Counted from the first letter of the whole stretch, positions 37,212 to 49,860 are shown. The stretch is DNA of 62,644 nt, filler included, from Globobulimina sp. (GCA_003354225.1; 43 parts of 43 records of this genome joined end to end with filler, not necessarily neighbours in it), one strand, 5' to 3'. Made by a program: numbers and translations. The notes: generated from the letters alone by a model not told the origin.

Positions 37212-37657
37212 TAGCTATGTGTTCATATGTGCATTCATGTGTTTTTATACTATGATATCCAATGCATTTTCACCATAGGATTAAAGATGTAGTTTCTAGT
37301 GAGTCAAAGTAAAGTTTAAATTAAATTAACACAATGGTCACAATGGCGTCGTCGAAGCAATTAAAGTCTGTATTATGTGGGATCGTTGGAATCAATATCC
37401 AAATTATTATGACATCCATCAATATAACATTTCTTATACGTCACGAGTGCTCTGCAATGTGTAGCATCACTCAGTCGCCACGAGCATCATACCCTCGCGT
37501 GATATCCCTTTATATACAACGGATCCCTGCAAAAATTCAAAGACCCAATCACCAATAACCAGATTAAAGACCCTATCACTGAAACAAAACAAAAAGGAAA
37601 TTATAACAATGAAACTGCTCCAAATCCACACAATGTATGAAATATGTTTTTGTTTAT

Positions 37658-37689
37658 TTGTTTGCGCCCGAAATTTCGGGCGCAAACAA
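37658..37689. repeat. 32-nt perfect palindrome
   Basis: TTGTTTGCGCCCGAAATTTCGGGCGCAAACAA. Confidence 0.95.
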
Positions 37690-37953
37690 CAAAACTAATT
37701 TGTTTACTAAAATTTGTTTGTGTTTTTGACAAACTGCAATCAAACATACACAGTCATTGCATTATGGGCAAGTTGGTGGTGGTCAATTATTATTAGACCA
37801 TAACGCCACCATTAAAGCCCTCAAAACACCGACATGGAATAGAAACATTTGGTNNNNNNNNNNNNNNNNNNNNNNNNNNNNNNNNNNNNNNNNNNNNTTA
37901 ATTAATTAANNNNNNNNNNNNNNNNNNNNNNNNNNNNNNNNNNNNNNNNNNNN

Positions 37954-38975
37954 CAGTATTGCAAGTTTGCAAAAACCTGTTTTGTTAACAGCAAGGAACG
38001 CATATCGAAAATAGTAAAAAATCTCAACCATTTAACCTGTTTCGCATTCAATTGTTTCAAATATTTATTGACCGCATGACAAAAAACAGTCATTACAAAA
38101 TCATTGACGGTCCCTCCATATCGTTTAGTTAATTTTTTTATTTCCACCAATGGCAAACATTTAGAGATTGCAATTTGAAACTTTCTGTTTTGATTTTCTT
38201 GTTTACCAAAATTGTTATACGTACAATGCACAGCACTCTCAAATGGAGCTGCTTCGAATATAAATAATGATAATAAGTCAGTCACTGCAAATGGTAGATA
38301 TCTCAATAAGTGATATACGCGCATTGTTAACGATTTTGGTGTGATTGGTCTCCGATTTTGCCATGTTTTGCAATGTTTGGAGTTTTTGGACTGTTCCATT
38401 GTTATTATTTTGTTCAACAAAATGCCATCACCTAAAGCATGATGAAAACGCGCATAGGCAACGGCCTCATTTTCTTGTTGTGCGAAAGTGATATAATAAA
38501 CTTCCCAAAAAGGGAGATTTGGATCGAATGGATGGTTCAACTTTGAGTCATTCAAAAATTGCGTTAGTTTGTCTTTTGAGCTAAGTTGAATTTTTTTGAT
38601 TTGTTTACTTGGATCAAACTCTGTCTTTTCGACCCAAAACCATTTGCCATTCGTTTTAATTGGAATACATCGGAAATTGATATATTTTTTGCCAAAATTG
38701 GACCAAAATGACAATAAAAGTTCAAATGGATCGGCATTTAAACTGTTAATGTTTTCAAATGTTACGGTTTGGAATGCATGGATGGTTGGAGCATTATTTG
38801 TGTCGTACATAATCTGCCACAGTTCACTCAATAAACCCATTCTGCGAACATTGTGCTTTCCGAACTTCTTCTGTGCTGTTTGCAGTGCTATACGGTCCTG
38901 ATAACGTCCATATAACATCCATACAATTAAAAAGGTCAATAACATCAACGTAACACTCCAGAACAACGATACCAT
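37954..38975 (-). CDS. Wax ester synthase / diacylglycerol acyltransferase (WS/DGAT), 3' partial
   Basis: P.PFWE, RFHHALGDG (HHxxxDG catalytic motif), GGTVNDFVM; N-terminal TM anchor. Confidence 0.9.
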
Positions 38976-39027
38976 GTTTCATTTATAGTTCAGTAAAAAT
39001 CTTTTAATTTTTTTCCTGCGCTAAACC

Positions 39028-39312
39028 ATGTTTATATTTACAATGTTTACCCTTCTTATCAGTATGTTTACCTATACTTTATCTGCACAGTAAACAGTAA
39101 TCTCCAAATCTAGCAACAGTACCAGTAATATCTGCCACTTACCATGTTTCGAACCATTCTGGTTCGGATTACGAATGTCAAGGTGGCCCGAATACAACCT
39201 GCACAATTCATTGTGATGAAGCAGACATAACCAATGGATACCATTTCAGCTGTGGTGATTCTGCCGACTGTTATATCTATTGTGACGCTAAAAAATGTGC
39301 AGAATTTGCGAT
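39028..39312 (+). CDS. Secreted Cys-rich protein N-terminus; intron 39062-39113
   Basis: Spliced MFIFTMFTLLITTVPVISA signal peptide, then CQGGPNTTCTIHC...CGDSADCYIYC. Not in the ORF track. Confidence 0.7.
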
Positions 39313-39641
39313 NNNNNNNNNNNNNNNNNNNNNNNNNNNNNNNNNNNNNNNNNNNNTTAATTAATTAANNNNNNNNNNNNNNNNNNNNNNNNNNNNNNNN
39401 NNNNNNNNNNNNCTCATATCTTCTGATTGGTGATCACTGTGCGTGTGTAACTGAAGGTTGAAAACCACTCTAGTCTCTAGCTAACCCAAAAACCTTGCCA
39501 ATCGTTGAAATGAAACGAAACTAAGCCAAAAAAGTTAAATGTCATGCTGCAGGTCATTATACTTGCAATAAAACTGTTTAATTAAATGCATTCACATGAG
39601 TTAATATCCACTTTCTATGAATTACACAGATGGCACAAGTT

Positions 39642-40190
39642 TCATGTCATGATTGTACTGATATGAAGCAAGGATATTACACGGTTTTTTGTTGGATTGA
39701 GGTTTGTTATTTTTCTCTTTTTAAGAGGAACATGTACAGTTGAATTCGAATTGGTTTCTGCAATTTGTCTTTTATTTCCTGTTCTGTGCGACTCCGACAA
39801 TGGGATAATTCCATTCTTTGTGCTTTTCATCTTCTGCTTTTGTTGTTGCACTATATATTTTTCAATGTTTATACCAACTTGCAATTGATCTGCTAAATCT
39901 ATATCTGTATCATTTCCATCATTGCAATTATTGTGTGCTTGTTTGTTGGGAATGGGAATCGATATGTTGCAATTGCCAATGTGCTGTGTAAATCTTAATG
40001 ATGTTAAGCTTTTCTTTTGATTTCTTCTGCTGAAACGATCTTGATTTAACATTCTTGGTGGTTTGGCGTTTTGTGATGCAAAAAGAATAATTTTCTCTAC
40101 TTCATCCAACTCATTGCCTCCATCATTTGTATTATCAATCTCCATTATAAAGTTTTTAAAAAAAAAACAGTTCGTTGTACTCTCTAACAT
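39642..40190 (-). CDS. Hypothetical low-complexity protein
   Basis: 182-aa ORF with a KKRK NLS-like motif; alternative ATG at 40145. Confidence 0.45.
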   Translation of the reverse strand: MLESTTNCFFFKNFIMEIDNTNDGGNELDEVEKIILFASQNAKPPRMLNQDRFSRRNQKKSLTSLRFTQHIGNCNISIPIPNKQAHNNCNDGNDTDIDLADQLQVGINIEKYIVQQQKQKMKSTKNGIIPLSESHRTGNKRQIAETNSNSTVHVPLKKRKITNLNPTKNRVISLLHISTIMT

Positions 40191-40220
40191 CTAAAATTTC
40201 ACAGATCGAATAGCTTAAAA

Positions 40221-40754
40221 ATGGGTGAAGAAATAATCCTTTGTTTTTCAAATCCTGCTGCGACAGATTCATTATCTCTGTGGATCGTGATGTTGTTTTG
40301 TGCATGTTTTGTTTGCATATTTGGCGCATATTTTATATATTTAATATGGACGAAAATGGAACGAAATTCATCAATAGCAACGATGGTACAATTAGCATGT
40401 ATCGCCATTGCTGTTTGTTTCATGATAAGTTCTGTCTTATTCTGCATTCATGTGGCAACCAGCATGTTTTGTATGTATGATTATGATATCTTGGAGTGGA
40501 TCAAGCTCGCAATTGCGGCAATATTTTTTAACCAATTTGGCTTATCATTGATGTATTTATTATATGTCTCCCGTTTAAGTTTTCCATTCCAAGGCACCGT
40601 ATTAGCAACGTCTAAATTATTGTGGATAATATTTTTTATTGGTTTTATATTGATACTCGGGTTCGGCACCGCATTTTTATTGGTTTTAGCCTTGGCTCCC
40701 CCGGAAAAATGGGGTGTGTCTGGGGAAGGTGTAAAGAGATGTTTGTGTATGTAG
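40221..40754 (+). CDS. Multi-pass (7TM-like) membrane protein, N-terminal helices
   Basis: Four TM helices; LLYVSRLSFPFQGT at the end of TM3. Confidence 0.6.
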   Translation: MGEEIILCFSNPAATDSLSLWIVMLFCACFVCIFGAYFIYLIWTKMERNSSIATMVQLACIAIAVCFMISSVLFCIHVATSMFCMYDYDILEWIKLAIAAIFFNQFGLSLMYLLYVSRLSFPFQGTVLATSKLLWIIFFIGFILILGFGTAFLLVLALAPPEKWGVSGEGVKRCLCM

Positions 40755-41726
40755 CAATTGGAAAAATAGTTNNNNNNNNNNNNNNNNNNNNNNNNNNNNN
40801 NNNNNNNNNNNNNNNTTAATTAATTAANNNNNNNNNNNNNNNNNNNNNNNNNNNNNNNNNNNNNNNNNNNNTGAACGCGTATCAAGCTTGAAATGCATTG
40901 TGTGAAATATACACAATCGGATCTTATTTGCGGGATACATGAATTAAAAACTGCGCTCAAGAATTTGTTGTATCTGGGAGTCACTGTTTGTTTGGTATTT
41001 TCACTCTTTGGTGGTAGTGGTGGTAGTGGTGGTTTGCTATGGGTCCGATTGTGGTAAGATAATAAGTTTCTGCTTCTGCTGCCAGTGCTATGTTGCAATT
41101 GTTCCATAGAATTGTCCATGTTGGGTATGCTGCAACATGTATTTCGCGGACAAAATACGCACATTGCTACAAAAAAAACAAAAATCATTCGTAGCCACGA
41201 ATTGAAATGATATTAGTACTCTAAACTAAATGAAAACATTTTCAAAGATTTTTGAGCCTAAAAGTACATGACATGACTTTATTCGTTTATTTATTGTCAG
41301 TAATGCTGAACCAGAATCATGCCCTGCTTTGTTAGAACCGACATCATCGGCAGATGAAGGTCCATTTTATAATATATTAATATTGACAAAAAATGTATAC
41401 AATTCGAGTTCTGAAAAAAACTGCAAGCCATTTCATCAATTTCCAAAAAAACGAAAATTTAAGTATTAATATAACACAATAGAAGAAAAAATAAAATAAT
41501 TTAAATAATATTATACAAAAAAAAACATGCGAGATATATATGTACATATACACATACAAAAAAACAATATACACATAAACAAAAACAAAAACAATATATA
41601 TACAAAAAATATATATATATACGTGTATAAAAAGATATATATGTACCTATCATAAGGAGCATGTCTTACATATTTAAATTAAAAGTTAGATTTATTTTAA
41701 TAATAATTTATTTTTCTTAAACATCA

Positions 41727-42230
41727 TTATTGGAGAATATCTGGACAGTATTTTGTGATCGAAGCGGGATTGGTGGTGGATGTGACAGTGTGTGTGGTTG
41801 GAGTCGAAAGATTAGTAACATTATTTTGTTCACTTTGAATGGATAATTCCATCATTTTAGTATTTTGCACAGATTCTGCATCTGAATTACAATTGCATTT
41901 CGCAACAAATTCCCGGTTTATTCCCATCATAAAGAAGCAACAGGAACTATTAATAAATGGGTCAACTAAACAAAAGCACCACATCCAACCACCAGTCATG
42001 GGCGAGATACACAGTGAGATTGCACTCGATATGGTGGCGGTAAATGTCAATGCAACATCCCACTTCATCGCATTTGTGATTTCTCGATCCGGGGTTTTTG
42101 TTAATTTTAATATTTTACGTAACGGAATAACGAAAGCGAGAGTGGCTACGATAGAATTCATAAAATCTATAAATGAACATACGATAACAAAGCGTAATTC
42201 CCATGTTTTAAAGGCGCAAAATGAGATATG
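41727..42230 (-). CDS. Multi-pass (7TM-like) membrane protein, C-terminal helices
   Basis: Three TM helices, DPFINSSC in the last helix, Cys then a Ser/Thr-rich tail. Confidence 0.6.
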   Translation of the reverse strand, partial: HISFCAFKTWELRFVIVCSFIDFMNSIVATLAFVIPLRKILKLTKTPDREITNAMKWDVALTFTATISSAISLCISPMTGGWMWCFCLVDPFINSSCCFFMMGINREFVAKCNCNSDAESVQNTKMMELSIQSEQNNVTNLSTPTTHTVTSTTNPASITKYCPDILQ

Positions 42231-42330
42231 NNNNNNNNNNNNNNNNNNNNNNNNNNNNNNNNNNNNNNNNNNNNTTAATTAATTAANNNNNNNNNNNNNN
42301 NNNNNNNNNNNNNNNNNNNNNNNNNNNNNN

Positions 42331-42541
42331 GACTGTGCAAGTGCCACATCGAAGTGACGTGACCTATGATCGAAAGAATGTGTGCTGGGAATTTAACACT
42401 TATTTTGGCTGTAAAAAAGGCGCAAAATGTGCCTGGTCGCATCAGTATTTAGTCAAAGACGCAACGCATCCGTTTACCGGGGAGACATTGGACGGAATGG
42501 CGGTGCGCGAATTTCGACGCAAAATGAAGAGAGTTGTGTAA
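42331..42541 (+). CDS. CCCH zinc-finger protein C-terminus
   Basis: CWEFNTYFGCKKGAKCAWSH (C-x8-C-x5-C-x3-H). Confidence 0.8.
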
Positions 42542-43357
42542 ACTATGACTGATTTTTATTTTTTGTTTGTTTGTGTTGTGCCATATTGCGATTTTTTTGT
42601 ACCATATTTGGATGCATATGGAAGCTGAATGGATATGGGCTGTATACATATGACGCGATGATGGATATAAAGGTGTGAATAAACTAGCGAATGTTGATAA
42701 ATTTGTGTGTACCAAATGTGTATAAAGGGAGGGCGGGAAAATAATATATGGGGAGCTTAGAATGGGAATATTATTTAACTAGTTTTCTTAATTTGGTATG
42801 CACAAATTTATACGGGATTGGTTAGTTTGTTTGTTTCTGGATATTGTATAAATTTGTAATGCCGATTATGGTACAAAATTAATGTGTAATGTTGGTTGTT
42901 ATTTTAAGATTTAATTGGAGACCAAAATCAACATTTTATACTTTGTTATTCAACGTTTCGTATTCTTGTCGTACAACCACGGCACCACAAGATGTGCGGA
43001 TTTGTGTGTTTTTGTCAAATCATGAAAGTTTTTTGAAACTGAGTTACTGAGTACGTTACATTTGTACAACAACGATTGTTACTGAGTACGATTGATATAA
43101 TATCTACAACAACGATTGTAATGATATTTTTTATCCATTTGTACACTGTGATTACATTTCGTTTCAGGTCATCTGCAGCATCAAGAATTAGCAAGCATAT
43201 CAAGCGCATTAGAGACATTTGTGTTTGTTGTCAACAACTAATTGTACAATCCCAATCTCGAGCTCTCTGCTCAAAAAGATTTCTTAATTTATTTAAGTTG
43301 TTTTTAAATCACAAACCATTGCTGCGTCCTGCAACCAAATTTAAATAGTACTATAAT

Positions 43358-43689
43358 ATGGAGGTCGACTCAGATTCAAAAGAGGAGAAAAAGGTTGAAG
43401 CACTTGCCAGCACGAGCAAATTGAATGAGCTTACAATCTGGAAAGGCAAATGGAATAAGAAAGAATACGCAGTTTATTTTGATGCATATACTTGCATTGC
43501 TTACTTAAAAGAGCAATTAGAGGATGACACAAATGTACGAAAGGAGAAAATAAAATTAATCGGGCTCAAATTCAAAAAAAAATTCAAAAAAAATAACAAT
43601 TTGATTACAGATAGCACCTTAGTCCACAAATTAGAATGTAAATCAAAAAAAGGCTTTCTTATCATTGGCACTCTCGACAAGAATAAATT
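43358..43689 (+). CDS. Ubiquitin-like domain protein, UBLCP1-like N-terminus
   Basis: KWNKKEY...LKEQL...TNV..EKIKLIGLK...IIGT. Confidence 0.7.
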
Positions 43690-43789
43690 NNNNNNNNNNN
43701 NNNNNNNNNNNNNNNNNNNNNNNNNNNNNNNNNTTAATTAATTAANNNNNNNNNNNNNNNNNNNNNNNNNNNNNNNNNNNNNNNNNNNN

Positions 43790-44782
43790 GTGTCGGCTGT
43801 GTCTTTGCCGAGTTGTTGTGTAATAAGCCGATCTTCACCGGGAAGAACGAGATGGAGCAATGGTTTCAGATCATTGAGGTGTGCGGTTGGAACAGCAGTC
43901 ATCACGTTTCGTGGATGAATACTTTGCGGGACAAAGATAATTTGATTGCAAAAATGAAAAAAAAGAGCAAAGTGTTTAGCAGGAAATTAAAAGCGAAGTT
44001 TGTCAAGTTTTTGAGTAAGAAAACTGCGCCGAATGACAAGTATTTGGATGAGCATGGTTTTAATTTATTAGATTCGCTGTTGACTATCAATCCAAATAAG
44101 CGCTGTTCGGCCAAAGAAGCGCTTCAATCTGAATGGTTTCGCTCTGAGCCCTTCCCTAAACCGCCACAGTTTTGTTACTATCCTTGCTCTGCAACTGCAC
44201 GTATTACATATTACATATTACATTTACACATTTTGGCATAGATTGGATCGTATTCAGCCATCGCATGACTATGAGCAGCGACAGCAACGCAAGAATCCAA
44301 ATTATAGGAACCATCACAGCAACAATAATAATAATAATAGCAATCGACGCTATCAATATTCGTATAATAATAATAATAACCACAGCCATGGTAATACTGC
44401 GCGAACTAAGCGTGATCGGTCAAGGTCCAGATCGCGGTCACGCTCTCGGGACAGAAATAAGTCAAATAATAGCAATGTGATTGTGGACAGGAGTCGAAGT
44501 GGTTCATTTGATACGCATACGCATGGTAAGGATAACAGTGTGTCATTGCCGCCGCCTATACAGCGGAAGCCAAGTATCCATGCACCGTTTGGTAATGTTT
44601 CTGATGTAAAGCAGGTTGTGACGTTATCTGCGCCGAGCTTGCGAGCAGTGAGTACTGTGAATGCAGGCAATAGAGTCAAACATGAGACTATTATGCCGAA
44701 AAATGGCTGTGTTGGAAGTGGGTATCGAGGTGGATATAATCCGGATAAGCCACAGACGTTTTATTCAAGATTCAAAAGTTGA
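43790..44782 (+). CDS. Transcriptional CDK (CDK9/CDK12-like), C-terminal part; intron 44169-44241
   Basis: VGCVFAELL..KPIF.G..E.EQ...I...CG, LL.INPNKR.SAKEAL..EWF; spliced PSHDYE; RS-rich tail. Confidence 0.85.
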
Positions 44783-45584
44783 GTGTGGGCTTTGTTTGTT
44801 TTTGATATCACATATTTTATTTTGTATATAATATTGTTTCAGAACTGGATGATTTAAAAGGAAGATCCCGATTTTAGCCGATATTTTCGTATTAAACAAC
44901 TATAAAAATCTGACATTTCATTGTATTGTTCATCGTTTACCGTTCATTTGTAATATGTGGATATTTGAAATTGTTTCGTAGTTCGTATAAATTAAATACA
45001 TCCAATAAAAAAAAGTAAATATTATCAATTTAGAGATTCGTTTTTCGTTTCGTTTTGTGTTGTTTTTTTGTTTACTTTGTATTTTGGTGCTGGCCGCTTT
45101 ATCTATTTCTTTTTTACAAAAAATGATGTGATGTGATGTCGTATGTCGNNNNNNNNNNNNNNNNNNNNNNNNNNNNNNNNNNNNNNNNNNNNTTAATTAA
45201 TTAANNNNNNNNNNNNNNNNNNNNNNNNNNNNNNNNNNNNNNNNNNNNCATTTGCTTTATCGAGTTCAAATTGTACAATTAATGGTTGTGTCGAACATTG
45301 GGATTTAAATTGTGATGAATGTGATGCAAAACAACTTCTCGTTCACAAACAAGACTATTTAGATAACTTATATTAAATTACATTATAAAACCATGATTTC
45401 TATTATCATAATCAGCAAATATTAGCTTTAAAAAACTTATATTTTTAGTGTGTGTGTTTGTGAATAATCATAGACAATGTCGTATTTTTTTAATTTGTAA
45501 ACTTCCAAAAATTTTAAATCCAAAATACTAGCTAGCTAGTATGTAACTTCACAGTTTTAGTTTTTCAAAAAACTTTTTGGATTA

Positions 45585-46606
45585 ATGTTGTCGAGTTTGT
45601 TTCTGTTGCTTTTGATATCAATGGTTGATATCATCAATCCTCAACTCATACATTGCAGAGGCAGTGATTGTAATTGTCCTACCACAACAACAACACCTGG
45701 AGAAACTTGTATACTTAAGTATGATACTAGCTATATATTAATTTGCCATCACAAACCAATATAAAAGTTACAATATACCACATATGTTTTTAGTTGTGGA
45801 GAAGAAGATATTTGTAAAGAACAAATATTGCACTGCCGAGCTGGTGATCCGTGTCAAATATTATGTAATGGAAAAGCAAGCTGTGCTGCCGGAACCACAA
45901 TAAATGCAGGAAATTCAACTGATGTTGAAATAATCTGTGGATTCCATGATTCCTGCAAAGATTCCATGAATATTAAATGTGGAACGGGTCGTTGCAAATT
46001 ACATTGTAATGAATCTACGAGTTGTGAGAATTGGGGGAATATCGATGTATCTTTATCAGAGTCGTTTGAATGTACTGGTATATGTCCACCTACATTACCT
46101 GCAGCATTTAGTGCATCACCAACTGCCGCACCCACTGCAAACCCAACATTTTCTCCGAGCAACGCTCCTACAAACCACCCAACATTATATCCATCCAAGT
46201 TTCCTACAGAAAGTCCTAGCAATGCTCCTACAAACCATCCAATATCCAATCCAACGAAGTTCCCCACAGCAAGTCCTAGCAATGCACCCACAAACCATCC
46301 AACACCATCACCAACAAACACACCCACTTCAAATCCAACTAACGCTCCCTCTCAATCTCCAACATTGGCACCTTCCAAAGCACCCACTGTGCCAACTAAC
46401 TCGCCTTCATTATCACCAACAAAAACTCCGACACCAGCACCTACTTCAAATCCTACATACATTCCAACAGCAGATCCCACATTGGAACCAACTACAAATC
46501 CAACCATAAATCCTACCACAGATCCAACCACAAACCCAATCAGGTCAAAACAGAAAAAAAAACCAAAATCTAATGATAAAAAACCCAAACCCAGCGAAGC
46601 ACCCAA
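45585..46606 (+). CDS. Secreted Cys-rich protein with Pro/Thr mucin-like stalk; intron 45719-45793; 3' partial
   Basis: Signal peptide, repeated C-x3-C units, then PT.xP tetrapeptide repeats. Confidence 0.85.
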
Positions 46607-46706
46607 NNNNNNNNNNNNNNNNNNNNNNNNNNNNNNNNNNNNNNNNNNNNTTAATTAATTAANNNNNNNNNNNNNNNNNNNNNNNNNNNNNNNNNNNNNN
46701 NNNNNN

Positions 46707-48064
46707 TAATTGATTTATTTCCAATTCCTCCACCAATCTCTCTAACACTGTCTTGTGGTGTTTTGAATAACGATCCAAATTATAATATTTTGTTAATTTA
46801 TGCAAAGATGGATGTTTCCTAACCATTGATATCAATTCATCATTACATATATCAGTTAATATAAGCTTTGCATATTTACAGAATGAAGATTGTGGAGTAA
46901 TTCTGCCAGTCTGTGTTTGTAATCTCTGCATTAAATAATCAATTCTAATGCTATCTTCATCCAATAACTTCCGCCCTAACTCTAGATCTTCACTCAGTTG
47001 TTTTTGCATTTTGATATCTTCTAAAAACGATGGATGTTTTTTAATCATCGATATTAAGTGAGGATTGTCATGAATTGTAAACCCAGTGTGTTGCCAAAAT
47101 AGACCCAAACATGTCTGCGTTTGTAGCCGACGTAATAAATATTCAATTTTGGCTTTATCATCATCCAATAAATTTAGGTCAAGGTCATCAATCAACTTTG
47201 TCTTTGTGAGATGTATTGTGAATGAAGGATGTTTTTTTATCAATGATATTAACTGTGGCTGATCATGCACTGTAAAACCAATCTTTCTCCAAAACATGCT
47301 TGCATCGCTTATTGTGTCTCCAAATTGCAATCTAGCAAATAAATAATCAATTTTACTTTTATCATCATCCAATAAATTTAGATGGAACTCTTCAATTAAT
47401 TTCATTTTGATGGGGAAATGCAGATAGTCTTTGAGCTGTGGATGCTTTTTAATAATGGATATTAATTCTGAATTATCGGAAATTGAAAAGCCAATTTGTT
47501 TAAACAATGAATGTTTGTCCTCATCAGTTTTTAGTTCTTGATATATTTGCAACGCATCAAATAAAGTTTCAACTTTCGTCAAATTATTATAATCTGATGA
47601 TAACTCTGTAATTTCTAACTCTTCAAACAATATATGCAATAATAATGTCATTTTCTTGTTTTCTGTTTGATATTTTGATTTAGCAAATATTATTGGCAGT
47701 GTTCTGATAATTGATATCAATTTTTCATCATTATTCCATACAAAACCAACTTGTTTCCAAAATATATTTTGATGCGTAACTTTTTGATCACGTGTTTGTA
47801 ACCGAAGTAACATGGCATTGATCCTCTCCATTGTTTCCGATTCAAAATATTGTTTCAACACATTGTTAAGTTTTAATTCTTCGATCAATCTCTCAAATAA
47901 TAATTTATAATCCGTGTCTTGATCTGGTTTATATTCTGAACGCGTATGATTGAGTAATAATGGATGGTTAACGATTTTTGATATTAATTCATAATCATTG
48001 TCATTGACTGCAAACCCAATTTGTTTCCAAAATACTTGACGATCACTAATTTTCTTTTTATAAA
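46707..48064 (-). CDS. Helical tandem-repeat protein (internal fragment)
   Basis: Six copies of FW.Q.GF...D...LIS.I.KHP in a frame open across the contig. Confidence 0.75.
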
Positions 48065-48164
48065 NNNNNNNNNNNNNNNNNNNNNNNNNNNNNNNNNNNN
48101 NNNNNNNNTTAATTAATTAANNNNNNNNNNNNNNNNNNNNNNNNNNNNNNNNNNNNNNNNNNNN

Positions 48165-49015
48165 AGGACTTACCAGGTTTGGATGAAGAGAGCTGCATTA
48201 GAAATGTCACCAATAAATCTGCACATAACAAAGACAAAGAAATGATAGAAATCACACCCTATCTAGGTCCGGCTATGCCCCCTGAAATTAAAATGGATTT
48301 GGCGTCCATTGCAGATGAAGCTGTGCCGAATTTAAATTTAGACGATGATGATGATGATGCACCACATTCACCCCATACACCGATAGAGGTCATTGTTAAA
48401 ATGGATTTGTGTGCAAAAGAGGTGGCTGAATCACCAAAAACGGTCCGATTCCATGACAAGGATAGTAATGATAATCATATTAAGCCCAGGTTTAGTAAGG
48501 AACGCTCAGATTCGCGCGCCAAACGGTACATGACCAGAGCGAGAAGTATCTCTCGTTCAATATCCAATTATACGATAAGTCCGAGACAATCAAAAGCTTT
48601 TATAAGAGCCAAAAAAAAATTTGATGAACAACAGTTGCTATTAATAAATAGCATGACGAGACTTGGATTGTTGCTCTTTTTATCATCATTGACGAGTTTA
48701 ACCTGTTTGATTTATATTATGTTTACATTCCAACATTACGAATCCAATGATGTCAACGATTATCAGTATGAATATGATTTAAATAAAATAAATATTATTG
48801 CCTATTATTATTTGTATTGGAATATGGGTATTTCTTCGTTTTTGAATGCTTTATCGCTATATTTATCCTTTGCGTTCGCGCAATGGTTTTATCACAGACT
48901 ATGTAACAAAATACATAAATGGTTGGAAGCGTTTTGCCTTATTCTTATTGTTAAACGATTGAAGAAAACTAATCCGAATCTCGATGACAATTGTCATCGT
49001 ATCACAAGAATTTAA
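48165..49015 (+). CDS. Multi-pass (7TM-like) membrane protein: long cytoplasmic loop and last two helices
   Basis: Hydrophilic loop, two TMs, FLNALSLYLSF.F...Y.RLC...H. Confidence 0.6.
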
Positions 49016-49661
49016 CAATTAAACCTTTACACAGCGCCATCATGCAATATTTTATACCAAATTTGTAGGATGGTGCTGTGGAAACGTTTAATTTAATATA
49101 CAAATTCTCCTCTTTTTTTTTGTGTTTAAAATGTGTATATGTGAACTTTCAAATTCTCCGTTTTTTCTTTTTTTGCGTCAGTTATCACATTGTTTACAAT
49201 ATTATTTATCTGATCTGACAGCAATTACCAGATCAAAAGTACTAATCTATCAATTACAGATCAACGTTTTTCTAAATCTGTATAAACCCTTAACAGAACA
49301 CAAAAGCATTTCTGTGCAATTCGAATGATAACATATTACATATACATATATACAGTATACAAACAATACAGTATGGTTAAGATTTGTCTTTGGATTTGCT
49401 TTTAGATTAAAACCAGCTTAAATGAATGATTTTGTCCTTGACTTGCATTAAAAGCTCCGACAACAAATAAATAAGGGCAGAAACGTTGCTGATCTCACTT
49501 TTAAATCAATCATACACAAACANNNNNNNNNNNNNNNNNNNNNNNNNNNNNNNNNNNNNNNNNNNNTTAATTAATTAANNNNNNNNNNNNNNNNNNNNNN
49601 NNNNNNNNNNNNNNNNNNNNNNTTGTTAAATTTTATGTCACATGAAACAAATCAATATCTC

Positions 49662-49701
49662 TGAAATTATAAATATGTGCATGATCATATTTATAATTTC
49701 A
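49662..49701. repeat. 16-bp perfect inverted repeat
   Basis: TGAAATTATAAATATG - 8 nt - CATATTTATAATTTCA. Confidence 0.85.
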
Positions 49702-49780
49702 AAAATATCACGGGAATATTATTTTTTATTATCATGCTCCGATGGATTCACTGTAGGGTCTTTTTTTGGGTAAAATATTG

Positions 49781-49860
49781 TAACCATATTCAGTTGGTAT
49801 CTTGACTGTGTAACGTGTTTCCAAAACGTTACCCAGTCTCGATATTACTGAATATGGTTA
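49781..49860. repeat. 80-nt imperfect hairpin
   Basis: TAACCATATTCAGT/ACTGAATATGGTTA outer stem; inner GACTG/CAGTC and GTAACGT/ACGTTAC. Confidence 0.85.
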
